A stretch of 49,205 nucleotides of DNA from Rickettsiales bacterium (GCA_033763375.1 JANRKR010000008.1:1-49205), one strand, 5' to 3'; shown: positions 1 to 8,461, counted from the stretch's first letter. Numbers and translations: made by a program. The notes: a model not told the origin generated them from the sequence alone.

Positions 1-22
1 CTCAAATGGGCGAACTCTTTAA

Positions 23-1042
23 ATGTTTTATAATTTGGAAAAACTCATGAAAGAAATTGTCGCCAACCAAGATTCACAAATATTTTCTGCTAGCTTTGAT
101 TTTGAAATGCGTCACGATTTTTCAGTAGCGGAAATTATGCAACTTTTCGCGCTGCCTTTTAATGATTTAATTTTTAAAGCGGCTGAAATTCATCGCCAAT
201 TTCACAATCAAAACGCGGTGCAAATTAGCACGCTTCTTAGCATAAAAACTGGTTCTTGTCCTGAAAATTGCAAATATTGCCCACAATCAGCGCATTATAA
301 TACTGGTTTGGAAAAAGAATCTTTAATGGCTTTGGATAAAATTTTAGATGCCGCTAAATCTGCCAAAGAAGCAGGCGCATCAAGATTTTGCATGGGCGCA
401 GCTTGGCGTAATTTACACGATCGCGATGTTGAAAAAATCTGCACAATTGTTGATGAAGTTAAAAAAACCGGTCTTGAAACTTGCATGACTTTAGGAATGT
501 TGACTGAAGCGCAAAGCAAGAAGCTCAAGGAAGCGGGGCTTGATTATTACAATCACAATATTGATTCATCAGAAGAATTTTATTCAGAAATTATTACCAC
601 GCGCAGTTTTGAAGATCGCCTTAATACTTTAAAAAACGTGCGCGAAGCTGGCTTAAATGTGTGCTCGGGCGGCATTGTTGGCATGGGTGAAACGCGAGAA
701 GATCGCGCTAAAATGCTGATTGTTTTAGCCAATTTGCCTAAACATCCAGAATCAGTTCCAATAAATATGCTGGTTAAAGTTGCGGGAACGCCGCTTGAAA
801 ACGTGCAAGAACTCGATCAATTCGAATTTATTCGCACCATTGCAGTTGCCAGAATCATGATGCCAAAATCTGTAGTAAGACTTTCAGCTGGCCGCGAAAA
901 TATGAACGAACAAACCCAAGCCTTGTGTTTCCTTGCTGGAGCCAACTCAATTTTTTATGGCGAAAAATTATTAACCACTTCTAATCCAGAAATGGAGCGC
1001 GATAAAGAATTATTTGAAAAATTGGGAATCGTCGGAAAATAA
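23..1042 (+). CDS. bioB: Biotin synthase (radical SAM)
   Basis: 339-aa ORF with radical-SAM motif [11 protein letters not shown] and the BioB-like blocks [20 protein letters not shown] and GGIVGMGET. The start (M1, M9 or M29) is not resolved. Confidence 0.9.
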   Translation: MFYNLEKLMKEIVANQDSQIFSASFDFEMRHDFSVAEIMQLFALPFNDLIFKAAEIHRQFHNQNAVQISTLLSIKTGSCPENCKYCPQSAHYNTGLEKESLMALDKILDAAKSAKEAGASRFCMGAAWRNLHDRDVEKICTIVDEVKKTGLETCMTLGMLTEAQSKKLKEAGLDYYNHNIDSSEEFYSEIITTRSFEDRLNTLKNVREAGLNVCSGGIVGMGETREDRAKMLIVLANLPKHPESVPINMLVKVAGTPLENVQELDQFEFIRTIAVARIMMPKSVVRLSAGRENMNEQTQALCFLAGANSIFYGEKLLTTSNPEMERDKELFEKLGIVGK

Positions 1043-1069
1043 ATTTATTAACTAAAAAATTCTAAAAAC

Positions 1070-1534
1070 ATGTCAAATATCGAAAATAAATTAACCTCAC
1101 TTGGAATTATTTTACCAACGCCAGCCGCGCCGGTTGCTAACTATGTTGGATTTGTAAAATCGGGCAATCAGGTTTTTATTTCTGGTCAGCTACCAATTGA
1201 AAATGGCGAAGTAAAATTTATTGGAAAAGTTGGATCGGAAATTTCAATTGAAGACGCCAAAAAAGCAGCACGTCTTTGCGCTATAAATATTTTAGCTCAA
1301 GTCAAAATGGCATGCGATGGTAATCTTAATCACGTAGTGCGCTGCGTTAAGCTTGGTGTTTTTGTTAACGCCGATGCTAATTTTAGCGATCATCCATCAG
1401 TTGCCAATGGCGCATCTGATTTGATGGTTGAAGTTTTGGGTGACGCTGGAAAGCACGCACGCGCCGCCGTTGGCTCTGGTTCATTGCCACGCGGAGTATC
1501 TGTAGAAGTTGATGCAGTTTTTGAAATTAAATAA
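1070..1534 (+). CDS. RidA/YjgF-family (enamine/imine deaminase-like) protein
   Basis: 154-aa ORF of typical RidA-family length. It has the pattern NYVGFVKSGNQVFISGQLP ... ARAAVGSGSLPRGVSVEVDAVFE. Confidence 0.75.
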   Translation: MSNIENKLTSLGIILPTPAAPVANYVGFVKSGNQVFISGQLPIENGEVKFIGKVGSEISIEDAKKAARLCAINILAQVKMACDGNLNHVVRCVKLGVFVNADANFSDHPSVANGASDLMVEVLGDAGKHARAAVGSGSLPRGVSVEVDAVFEIK

Positions 1535-1546
1535 ATCCGAAAAAAT

Positions 1547-2476
1547 ATGACAACTACACTCACAACAAAAAAGCCCGCAATCCCGACAAACGCTGATTTT
1601 GCAATTTATATCGACTTCAAAAAAGAGACTGGCAACCCACAAAGAATTTTTCAATCAAGCGCTGCGCTTATTTCTTCTTTTGAAAAGTTGGACAAGGTTT
1701 TATGTGATACCATTGATTCAAAAATATCTCCAATAATGATGCTGGAAGAGATTGAAATCGGATCTCTAAAAATATGGTTAAAAAGCAAAATAGAATCAAT
1801 TGATGACAGAGATTTAAAGGAATTAAACTGGAAATCGATGATTGGCAAATATTTGGTTAAAGCAAAATATTTGATGATTGATTTTTTAAACAAAGGCAAC
1901 GATGTCGGCGATAAAAACAGTTTAATTAATCTGTCGCGCCAGATGCAAAAAATTGCCGAAGAAACCAATGTAAAACATTTGCCAGACTACAAATCTCCAA
2001 ATATCGCTGATTTGGTTGATGCCATGCAAAGTATTTCATCAGCAAAAAATTATCTCGATAAAGAAGATAGGTTACAATATTTGCAAAACTCTGGAGAATC
2101 TCTCGATTTTAATTTGTCAATAGATTGGACGCCAGAAAAGTTTGAAGAATTTTTAACCAAAGAGAAAGTGGCAATTCCAGAAATGCCAATGAATTTGGTA
2201 ATTAAAAAACCTGACTATCTTGGAAATTCAATGTGGGAACTGCGACATGGTAAAGTAAAAATTTTAGCAAAAATTACTGATGAAAATTGGCTGCTGAGTT
2301 TTCAACAGCGCGAAATAGATGTAAGACCTGGCGATGCATTAAGGTGCAAGGTAAAACAAGAATTATATTACGGATTCGACAATGAATTAATTGCTCAAAA
2401 ATACGTAATAACAAAAGTCGATAGCGTTTTAGAAAATCAATATAAACAAAGAGATTTATTTAAAGATGACGAATAA
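1547..2476 (+). CDS. Hypothetical protein (309 aa, no recognisable domain)
   Basis: Long ORF lying 12 nt after the RidA-family gene. Its stop overlaps the next ORF's ATG by 11 nt. It is K/D/E/I-rich with no motif I recognise. Confidence 0.6.
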   Translation: MTTTLTTKKPAIPTNADFAIYIDFKKETGNPQRIFQSSAALISSFEKLDKVLCDTIDSKISPIMMLEEIEIGSLKIWLKSKIESIDDRDLKELNWKSMIGKYLVKAKYLMIDFLNKGNDVGDKNSLINLSRQMQKIAEETNVKHLPDYKSPNIADLVDAMQSISSAKNYLDKEDRLQYLQNSGESLDFNLSIDWTPEKFEEFLTKEKVAIPEMPMNLVIKKPDYLGNSMWELRHGKVKILAKITDENWLLSFQQREIDVRPGDALRCKVKQELYYGFDNELIAQKYVITKVDSVLENQYKQRDLFKDDE

Positions 2477-2894
2477 TCTTCAGCCCTTTCATTTAGCGAT
2501 TCCGGTTAAAAATCTGGCAACAACCAGAAAATTTTATGGTGAGTTTTTGGGCTTTCTAGAAGGTCGCTCAAATGAAAGCTGGATTGACTGGAATTTTTTT
2601 GGTCATCAGCTTGTTACACATTTAAAAGAAAGTGACGAAAACCATATTGCAACCGTAAATCAGGTTGATGGTCACGGCGTTCCTGTGCCGCATTTTGGTG
2701 TGGTTTTGGAATGGCAACAATGGCATGATTTTGCTGAAAAATTAAAAGCTACTAACATTAAATTCGTGATTGAACCTTATGTCAGATTTCGCGGCAAAAC
2801 CGGCGAACAAGCTACGATGTTTTTTCTTGATCCAAGTGGCAATGCGCTAGAATTTAAAGCCTTCAAAGACATGTCACAACTATTTGCTAAATGA
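2466..2894 (+). CDS. VOC (glyoxalase/bleomycin-resistance/dioxygenase) family protein
   Basis: 142 aa with an N-terminal FHLAIPVKNL..TRKFYGEFLGF pattern and a C-terminal FFLDPSGNALEFK pattern, both typical of VOC beta-alpha-beta-beta-beta modules. Confidence 0.7.
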   Translation: MTNNLQPFHLAIPVKNLATTRKFYGEFLGFLEGRSNESWIDWNFFGHQLVTHLKESDENHIATVNQVDGHGVPVPHFGVVLEWQQWHDFAEKLKATNIKFVIEPYVRFRGKTGEQATMFFLDPSGNALEFKAFKDMSQLFAK

Positions 2895-3853
2895 AAGATC
2901 TTAATTTTTTAGATATTATTGCTGCTAGTAAGCGCATTAAAAATTATATAAAAAAAACGCCAATAATTTCTAATCAAAGAATAAATGATGAGCTTGGTGC
3001 GCAGATTTTTTTTAAAATGGATAATTTGCAAGAAACCAATTCCTTCAAAGCTCGCGGTGCTTTTAATGCCATTTTAAATTATCAAGAAATTCACGGACAT
3101 TTTCCCAAAAAAATTGTTGTGCAAAGTTCAGGAAATCACGCTCAAGCAATTGCTTATGCTTGTAAAAAATTTGGTATTGAAGCTTTGATTTACATGATTG
3201 ATAAAGCTTCGCCTGTAAAGATTGCTGCTGCTAAAAATTTAGGCGCAAAAGTAATTTTATTTGAAAAAAGATCACAAGTTAATGCCGCCGCTGAAGCCAA
3301 ACAAGCTGAAGGTTATTTTTTTATTCATCCTTCAGCCAATGCCGAAGTAATTTGCGGTCAAGGCACCGCGGCTTTGGAAGCGCTGCAAGAAACTGGTGAA
3401 GTTGAAGCAATATTTGCGCCATGTGGCGGTGGCGGATTAATTTCAGGATGTTTTATCGCCGCACAAAAATTATCGCCACAGGCTAAAATATTTGCCTGCG
3501 AACCTTTGAATGCCAATGATGTAGCGCAATCATTTCGTCAAAATAAAATTATTGGCTTTGAACAAACTCCAAACACAATTGCCGATGGCGCCAGAACTTT
3601 AGCCACTTCTGAAATTTGTTTTCACTTTATCAAACAACTTACTGGCGTTTTAGAAATTTCAGAAAGCGAAATAATTTTATGGCAAAAAAAATTAAGCGAA
3701 ACTTTACAACAAAATATTGAACCAACTTCTGCGCTTGCAATTGCTGGCGCGGCGCAGTTTATAAAAAATAATTACAACTCAGATTCCAGCGCAAAAAATC
3801 ATAAATTATTAGTGATTATTTCTGGTGGCAATTGTGAAAGCTTGGAAAATTAA
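2891..3853 (+). CDS. PLP-dependent serine/threonine dehydratase-family enzyme (serine racemase / hydroxyaspartate dehydratase-like)
   Basis: 320 aa with PLP-lysine motif NSFKARGA, an SSGNHAQA block and a glycine loop CGGGGLISG. It has an ATGA overlap with the VOC gene. Confidence 0.8.
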   Translation: MKDLNFLDIIAASKRIKNYIKKTPIISNQRINDELGAQIFFKMDNLQETNSFKARGAFNAILNYQEIHGHFPKKIVVQSSGNHAQAIAYACKKFGIEALIYMIDKASPVKIAAAKNLGAKVILFEKRSQVNAAAEAKQAEGYFFIHPSANAEVICGQGTAALEALQETGEVEAIFAPCGGGGLISGCFIAAQKLSPQAKIFACEPLNANDVAQSFRQNKIIGFEQTPNTIADGARTLATSEICFHFIKQLTGVLEISESEIILWQKKLSETLQQNIEPTSALAIAGAAQFIKNNYNSDSSAKNHKLLVIISGGNCESLEN

Positions 3854-3857
3854 CCGA

Positions 3858-4535
3858 TCAAAGAAGCTTTGTTTTGAAGAGTCGCGCCACCAAATAAGTT
3901 TCGGAAGAATCTTTACGCGAAGATTCAGGCTTAAAATATTTCACATCAGAAAAACTCTGGCGCAGTTTTTTTAAAATTTCGTTGGAACTACCGCCTTGAA
4001 AAATCTTACCAACAAAACAACCATTTTGATTAAGAATTTTCTGCGCCAAATCGAGAGAATGCTCAAGCAAATCAATAATGCGAATGTGATCAGTATTATG
4101 ATCGCCCGTTGAATTTGCCGCCATATCAGAAAGCACAATATCGCAACGTCCAAATTTATTATGCGGAATTCTTTGAAGAAATTCGCTAATTTTTTGTGGC
4201 GCTAATTCTTCTAAAAAATCGCCTTGAAAAAATTCCACGCCAGCAATTGCGTCAATTGCAAGCAAATCAAGCGCAACAACATTTCCTTCGCCAACTTTTG
4301 TAACTGCATACTGACTCCAACCACCAGGAGCAGCGCCAAGATCGACAACAATTTTTCCTTTCTTAAAAATTTTAAATTTCTGATCAATTTCAATAATTTT
4401 AAAAGCAGCGCGAGAACGCCAACCTTCAAGCTTGGCGCGCTCGACAAATGGATCGTTAATTTGGCGCAATAACCATTTTTGTGATGATTTTTTTAAGCGC
4501 TTAGCTTTTTTTAATCTTTGCGATTGTTGCGGCAT
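3858..4535 (-). CDS. rlmE: 23S rRNA 2'-O-ribose U2552 methyltransferase RlmE/FtsJ
   Basis: 225 aa with SRAAFKIIEIDQKF, the SAM motif VVDLGAAPGGWSQ, DMAANSTG and a VGKIFQG block, collinear with E. coli RlmE. Confidence 0.85.
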   Translation of the reverse strand: MPQQSQRLKKAKRLKKSSQKWLLRQINDPFVERAKLEGWRSRAAFKIIEIDQKFKIFKKGKIVVDLGAAPGGWSQYAVTKVGEGNVVALDLLAIDAIAGVEFFQGDFLEELAPQKISEFLQRIPHNKFGRCDIVLSDMAANSTGDHNTDHIRIIDLLEHSLDLAQKILNQNGCFVGKIFQGGSSNEILKKLRQSFSDVKYFKPESSRKDSSETYLVARLFKTKLL

Positions 4536-4711
4536 TAGTCGTTTATTTTTCTAGCTTGATCAATTAACATAATCGGAATTTGATCTTTAATTGCAAAAGC
4601 CAATTTTGATTTATAACAAATTAATTCATTATTTTGTTGATCGTAAAATAACGAATCTTTGCATAACGGACAAACCAATATCTCTAAGATTTCTGGCGCT
4701 AATTTTAACAT
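4535..4711 (-). CDS. Trm112/YcaR-family small protein
   Basis: The core LEILVCPLCKDSLFYDQQNNELICYKSKLAFAIKDQIPIMLIDQAR closely parallels E. coli YcaR. The ORF could extend to 4789; I prefer the internal ATG at 4711. Its TAATG overlaps the rlmE start. Confidence 0.7.
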   Translation of the reverse strand: MLKLAPEILEILVCPLCKDSLFYDQQNNELICYKSKLAFAIKDQIPIMLIDQARKIND

Positions 4712-4821
4712 AATATGTTGAAAAGATTTTTGATAAAAATACTTTGTCGCGTCATTTTTTAAATCAAAGTCAATTTTAATTTGTGCCACAACTTTTGAAA
4801 AAAAATCTAAAAAAATCTAAA

Positions 4822-6033
4822 ATGGCACTGTCGCAAATCCGCTTTTGCAAAAAATTTTTAGGCGATTCATTTTTCGCGACTAGAGTGGATATAGACATCC
4901 ATGAGGAGAGAAAAAATGAATCAACAACAAAATTTGCAGCAAAAGGTAGGATTTGCGACAGTGCCAAAATCGATAAGCCAAAAACCATTGGTATTATTGG
5001 CGGCGGACAATTAGGTCGCATGATTTGCTTTGCAGCGCATCGACTTGGTTTTCGTACTGTAATTTTTACCGATCAAAAAAATTCGCCTGCCAGTTTCGTA
5101 ACCAATCAAACCATAATCGCTGATTATCAAGACCAAATAGCGCTTAAAAAATTTGCCAGTTTGATTGATATTGCCACTTTTGAATTTGAAAATATTCCAC
5201 TTGCCGCTGTTGAATTTCTAAGCACACACGTTGAAGTTGCGCCCAATCCACAAGTTTTAAAAATTACTCAAAACCGAATTTTAGAAAAAAACTTTTTAAA
5301 TGCGATTGGTATAAAAACCGTTAAATATGCCGAAATTTCAAGCCTTGAGGATCTATTAAAAAATTTTGAAAAATTTAAATTCAAGAAATCTCAAACAGCA
5401 ATTTTAAAAACCGCTTTGATGGGATATGACGGCAAAGGGCAAATTATTTTAAAAGATGAAATCGCCGCTAAAAAGGCTTGGTCAATTTTTAAAAATCAAA
5501 AATTAATTTTGGAAAAATTTTGTCCATTTGATTCTGAAATTTCGGTTATTGTGGCACGATCAAAAAACGGTGAGATTTCTGCTTTTGAACCCTTAACCAA
5601 CATTCATAAAAATGGTATTTTAGATGAAAGCCATTATCCGGCAAAAATTTCTAAAGCCTTGCAAATAAAGGCGCAAGAGCTGGCCAAAAAAATTGCTCAA
5701 AGATTAGACTTAATTGGTGTTCTGGCGGTGGAATTTTTTGTAGTTGATGATGAATTGTTGGTTAACGAGTTGGCACCGCGTCCGCATAATTCTGGTCACT
5801 TTTCGATGGATGCTGCAATCACTTCACAATTTGAACAATTAGTTCGCGCAATTGCTGATTTGCCGCTTGGATCGACTCAATTTCATTCTGCGGGTTATAT
5901 GAAAAATTTAATTGGCGATGAGGTGAAAGATTTAGAAAAATTCTATAAAAATCCGCGTGCCAAAATTCATCTCTACGGCAAAGAAAAAATCGCTAAAGGG
6001 CGAAAAATGGCGCATGTAAATATTTTAAATTGA
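4822..6033 (+). CDS. purK: N5-carboxyaminoimidazole ribonucleotide synthase
   Basis: ATP-grasp protein with N-terminal IGIIGGGQLGRM and a C-terminal NELAPRPHNSGH block. No ATG/GTG/TTG lies near the conserved N-terminus, so the start is uncertain (GTG 4783, ATG 4822 or GTG 4885). Confidence 0.8.
   Translation: MALSQIRFCKKFLGDSFFATRVDIDIHEERKNESTTKFAAKGRICDSAKIDKPKTIGIIGGGQLGRMICFAAHRLGFRTVIFTDQKNSPASFVTNQTIIADYQDQIALKKFASLIDIATFEFENIPLAAVEFLSTHVEVAPNPQVLKITQNRILEKNFLNAIGIKTVKYAEISSLEDLLKNFEKFKFKKSQTAILKTALMGYDGKGQIILKDEIAAKKAWSIFKNQKLILEKFCPFDSEISVIVARSKNGEISAFEPLTNIHKNGILDESHYPAKISKALQIKAQELAKKIAQRLDLIGVLAVEFFVVDDELLVNELAPRPHNSGHFSMDAAITSQFEQLVRAIADLPLGSTQFHSAGYMKNLIGDEVKDLEKFYKNPRAKIHLYGKEKIAKGRKMAHVNILN
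4824..4965. repeat. Family E element: 17-bp perfect inverted repeats GGCACTGTCGCAAATCC / GGATTTGCGACAGTGCC around a ~108-bp core
   Basis: The arms lie at 4824-4840 and 4949-4965. The core has an internal small palindrome, TGGATATAGACATCCA. The element lies in the purK 5' region. Confidence 0.9.
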
Positions 6034-6036
6034 AAG

Positions 6037-6124
6037 CCAGACCCCGTCATGCGACGGGGTGACAATTTCGGTAGAGTGAAAATAATCACCAAGATTGTCA
6101 CCCCGTCTTATGACCGGGGTCTGG
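6037..6124. repeat. Family A composite palindromic element (unit - spacer - inverted unit)
   Basis: CCAGACCCCGTCATGCGACGGGGTGACAA lies at 6037-6065 and TTGTCACCCCGTCTTATGACCGGGGTCTGG at 6095-6124. Each unit holds its own CCCCGTC/GACGGGG hairpin. The element begins 4 nt after the purK stop. Confidence 0.9.
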
Positions 6125-6147
6125 TTCAAAGGTTAAGTTTTTGAACC
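6123..6147 (+). terminator. AT-rich hairpin GGTTCAAA-N9-TTTGAACC downstream of purK
   Basis: An 8-bp perfect stem can be read from the sequence. It has no clear T-tract and resembles family-D TTCAAA/TTTGAA hairpins. Confidence 0.3.
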
Positions 6148-6157
6148 TAGCTTGTTT

Positions 6158-6169
6158 GGGATATGCTAT
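6158..6169. repeat. Partial family C copy (GGGATATGCTAT) 20 nt upstream of the agmatinase-family ATG
   Basis: It is a 12-nt identity with the family C terminus. The following sequence, GTAATTAATCAAAT, resembles the C/D junction at 20886-20905. Confidence 0.5.
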
Positions 6170-6188
6170 GTAATTAATCAAATAAAAA

Positions 6189-7115
6189 ATGACTAAGAAA
6201 AAATCTGCGCCAAAAAATAATTTAGAAAATTTAGAATTTGTTGCCCAAAAATCAGGCTTTTTGGGGGTTGAAGAAAAATATTTAAAATCACCAAATCAGG
6301 CAAAAGTTATTGTAGTTCCTTTTGGTTTAGAAAAATCTGTCAGTTACGGTGGCGGCACCAAAAACGGGCCTAAAGCAATTATTGAAGCTTCAAAACAAGT
6401 TGAGCTTTTCGATGAAGAATTTTGGTTTGAAGCCTTTCGTAAATATGGCGTAGCAACACTTAAAGAGCCAAAAATTGATCGTAGTTCGGTGGTAAAATCG
6501 CTTAAACAATTAGAAAAAATCACGGCAAAAATTTTAGCTGCTGAGAAATTTCCCTTAATTTTAGGTGGCGAGCACTCAATAACAGCGGGCTCAATTCGCC
6601 CCTTTGTCAAAAAATATCCCAATTTAGCAATTTTGCATTTTGATGCTCACGCTGATTTGCGCGATGGTTTTGGTGGCGAGCATTATTCGCACGCTGCGGC
6701 GCTGCGCCGCGTGATGGATCATCCAATTTCAACTTTAGTTTCTTGCGGCATTCGTAATATTTCTGCTTCTGAAATTCCTTTTCTTGAAGCAAATCGTCAT
6801 CGCATTCACATGCATTTTGGTAAAGATCGCAGAAAGTGGAATGCCAAAGAAATTGTCGCGCCACTAAAAGGTCGCCCAGTTTTTTTAACTTTTGATTTAG
6901 ACGGTTTTGATTCAAGCCTAATGCAAGCAACTGGCACACCAGAACCCGGAGGCGTAATGTGGGAAGATGCGCTCGATATTATTCGTGAAGCCAGCAAAAT
7001 TTCTAAAATTGTTGGTGCTGACGTGGTTGAATTAGCGCCAGTTAAAGCGCTACATTCTTGCGATTTTTTGGCGGCGAAACTATGCTATAAAATTCTTTCT
7101 TACGCGCTTTGTTAA
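6189..7115 (+). CDS. Ureohydrolase-family enzyme, most likely agmatinase (SpeB-like)
   Basis: 308 aa with the Mn-binding blocks GGEHSIT, HFDAHADLRD and TFDLDGFDSSLMQATGTPEPGG. Confidence 0.8.
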   Translation: MTKKKSAPKNNLENLEFVAQKSGFLGVEEKYLKSPNQAKVIVVPFGLEKSVSYGGGTKNGPKAIIEASKQVELFDEEFWFEAFRKYGVATLKEPKIDRSSVVKSLKQLEKITAKILAAEKFPLILGGEHSITAGSIRPFVKKYPNLAILHFDAHADLRDGFGGEHYSHAAALRRVMDHPISTLVSCGIRNISASEIPFLEANRHRIHMHFGKDRRKWNAKEIVAPLKGRPVFLTFDLDGFDSSLMQATGTPEPGGVMWEDALDIIREASKISKIVGADVVELAPVKALHSCDFLAAKLCYKILSYALC

Positions 7116-7135
7116 GTTTGTTAGTATAATCTAGA

Positions 7136-7242
7136 TTGTCACCCCGTCTTTATGACGGGGTCTGGCTCGGTAAAAATTTAAGTAAAATCAAATCAAAATT
7201 TCTTAAAGGCAACCAGACCCCGTCATAAAGACGGGGTGACAA
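7136..7242. repeat. Family A composite palindromic element (inverted unit - spacer - unit)
   Basis: TTGTCACCCCGTCTTTATGACGGGGTCTGG lies at 7136-7165 and CCAGACCCCGTCATAAAGACGGGGTGACAA at 7213-7242. The spacer shares AAAATCAAATCA with the 45.7-kb cluster. Confidence 0.9.
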
Positions 7243-7302
7243 ATAAAGAAAGACAAAGATTCGAGAGTGCGGCGACTTAAATATAATTTTTGATTCTTAA
7301 AC

Positions 7303-8331
7303 ATGACAAAATCTGATTCAAAATTCACAATCGATGGTATTAAAGTCAAAGCGGGCGAGCGTTTGCGCATCAATATCGACATGGGAAGTATTTACGATTT
7401 TACCGATGTTAAAATGCCAGTTGAAGTAATTCGCGGCAAAAAAGATGGACCAACACTTTTTATTTCTTCAACAATTCACGGCGATGAAATTAACGGCATT
7501 GAAATCACGCGACGCTTGCTGGCGCGTCAAGAGCTAAAAAAAATACGCGGCATGTTGATTGTAATTCCAATTGTCAATATTTTTGGTTTTAATGATCGCA
7601 GTCGCTATTTGCCTGATCGCCGCGATTTAAATCGCTCTTTTCCCGGACTTAAAAACGGTTCTCTAACTTCGCAATTGGCGCATAAATTTATGCAAGAAAT
7701 TGTTTTAAAATCAGATCTTGGAATTGATTTACATACTGGCGCTTTTCACCGTTGCAATCATCCCCAAATTCGCACCGATATTTCTAACGAGCAAAGTTTT
7801 GATTTAGCCAAAGCTTTTGGCGCACCAGTAATTATTGGCTCAAATTTGCGCGACGGTTCACTGCGTGCTGCGGTAACTCAAATTAATATTCCGATGATTT
7901 TATTTGAAGCCGGCGAAGCTCTGCGCTTTTGCGAATCCGACATTAAAATTGGCGTTGAAGGCATATTAAACGTTATGCAAGAAGTTGGCATGATTAAAAG
8001 TAAAACAGCAACAACGCGTAAAAAAGTTTTTGTGGCGCGTTCCAGCTCTTGGGTGCGGGCTCCTCACAGCGGAATTCATATTGCAAAACAGCAATTAGGA
8101 AAAATTGTCAAAAAAGGCGATATTTTAGGCGAAATTTCCAATCCTTTTGGCGATCATAAAGTTTTGGTTAAAGCTCATGAAGATGGCATGATTATTGGTA
8201 TGTCAAAGTTGCCACTAGCTAATAAAGGTGATGCTTTATTCCATATTGCCAGTACAAAGGCTAATAAAAAATCTTTGGCTATAACGGCAATTCACGATCA
8301 TTTTGAAAATAGCGATCCGATAAATATTTAA
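7303..8331 (+). CDS. Succinylglutamate desuccinylase/aspartoacylase (AstE/AspA, M14-like) family zinc deacylase
   Basis: 342 aa with HGDEINGIE (a Zn-ligand H-x-x-E), the block RDLNRSFPG and a DLHTG histidine. Confidence 0.7.
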   Translation: MTKSDSKFTIDGIKVKAGERLRINIDMGSIYDFTDVKMPVEVIRGKKDGPTLFISSTIHGDEINGIEITRRLLARQELKKIRGMLIVIPIVNIFGFNDRSRYLPDRRDLNRSFPGLKNGSLTSQLAHKFMQEIVLKSDLGIDLHTGAFHRCNHPQIRTDISNEQSFDLAKAFGAPVIIGSNLRDGSLRAAVTQINIPMILFEAGEALRFCESDIKIGVEGILNVMQEVGMIKSKTATTRKKVFVARSSSWVRAPHSGIHIAKQQLGKIVKKGDILGEISNPFGDHKVLVKAHEDGMIIGMSKLPLANKGDALFHIASTKANKKSLAITAIHDHFENSDPINI

Positions 8332-8348
8332 TGGCGCTGTCACAAATT
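8330..8348. repeat. Family E solo copy AATGGCGCTGTCACAAATT overlapping the TAA stop of the AstE-family gene
   Basis: The sequence reads tTAATGGCGCTGTCACAAATT, with the stop codon at 8329-8331. Confidence 0.75.
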
Positions 8349-8461
8349 ACTTAAGTTGCATTTTATTTTTTATTATTATCTTATTTGGCTCTCAGATCAA
8401 TTTGATGCCTTCTATTCTTGTTAATTGAAGATTCCCCAATTTAATTAAATCATACCAAAAC

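Noticed and set aside
4916-5014. I considered the 32-codon ORF (MNQQQNLQQKVGFATVPKSISQKPLVLLAADN), which has a good SD, as a real small gene.
   Set aside because: It lies within the family E element and overlaps purK out of frame, and its composition is unremarkable. It more likely signals a start-site or frameshift problem in purK, so I report it under that finding and not as a gene.
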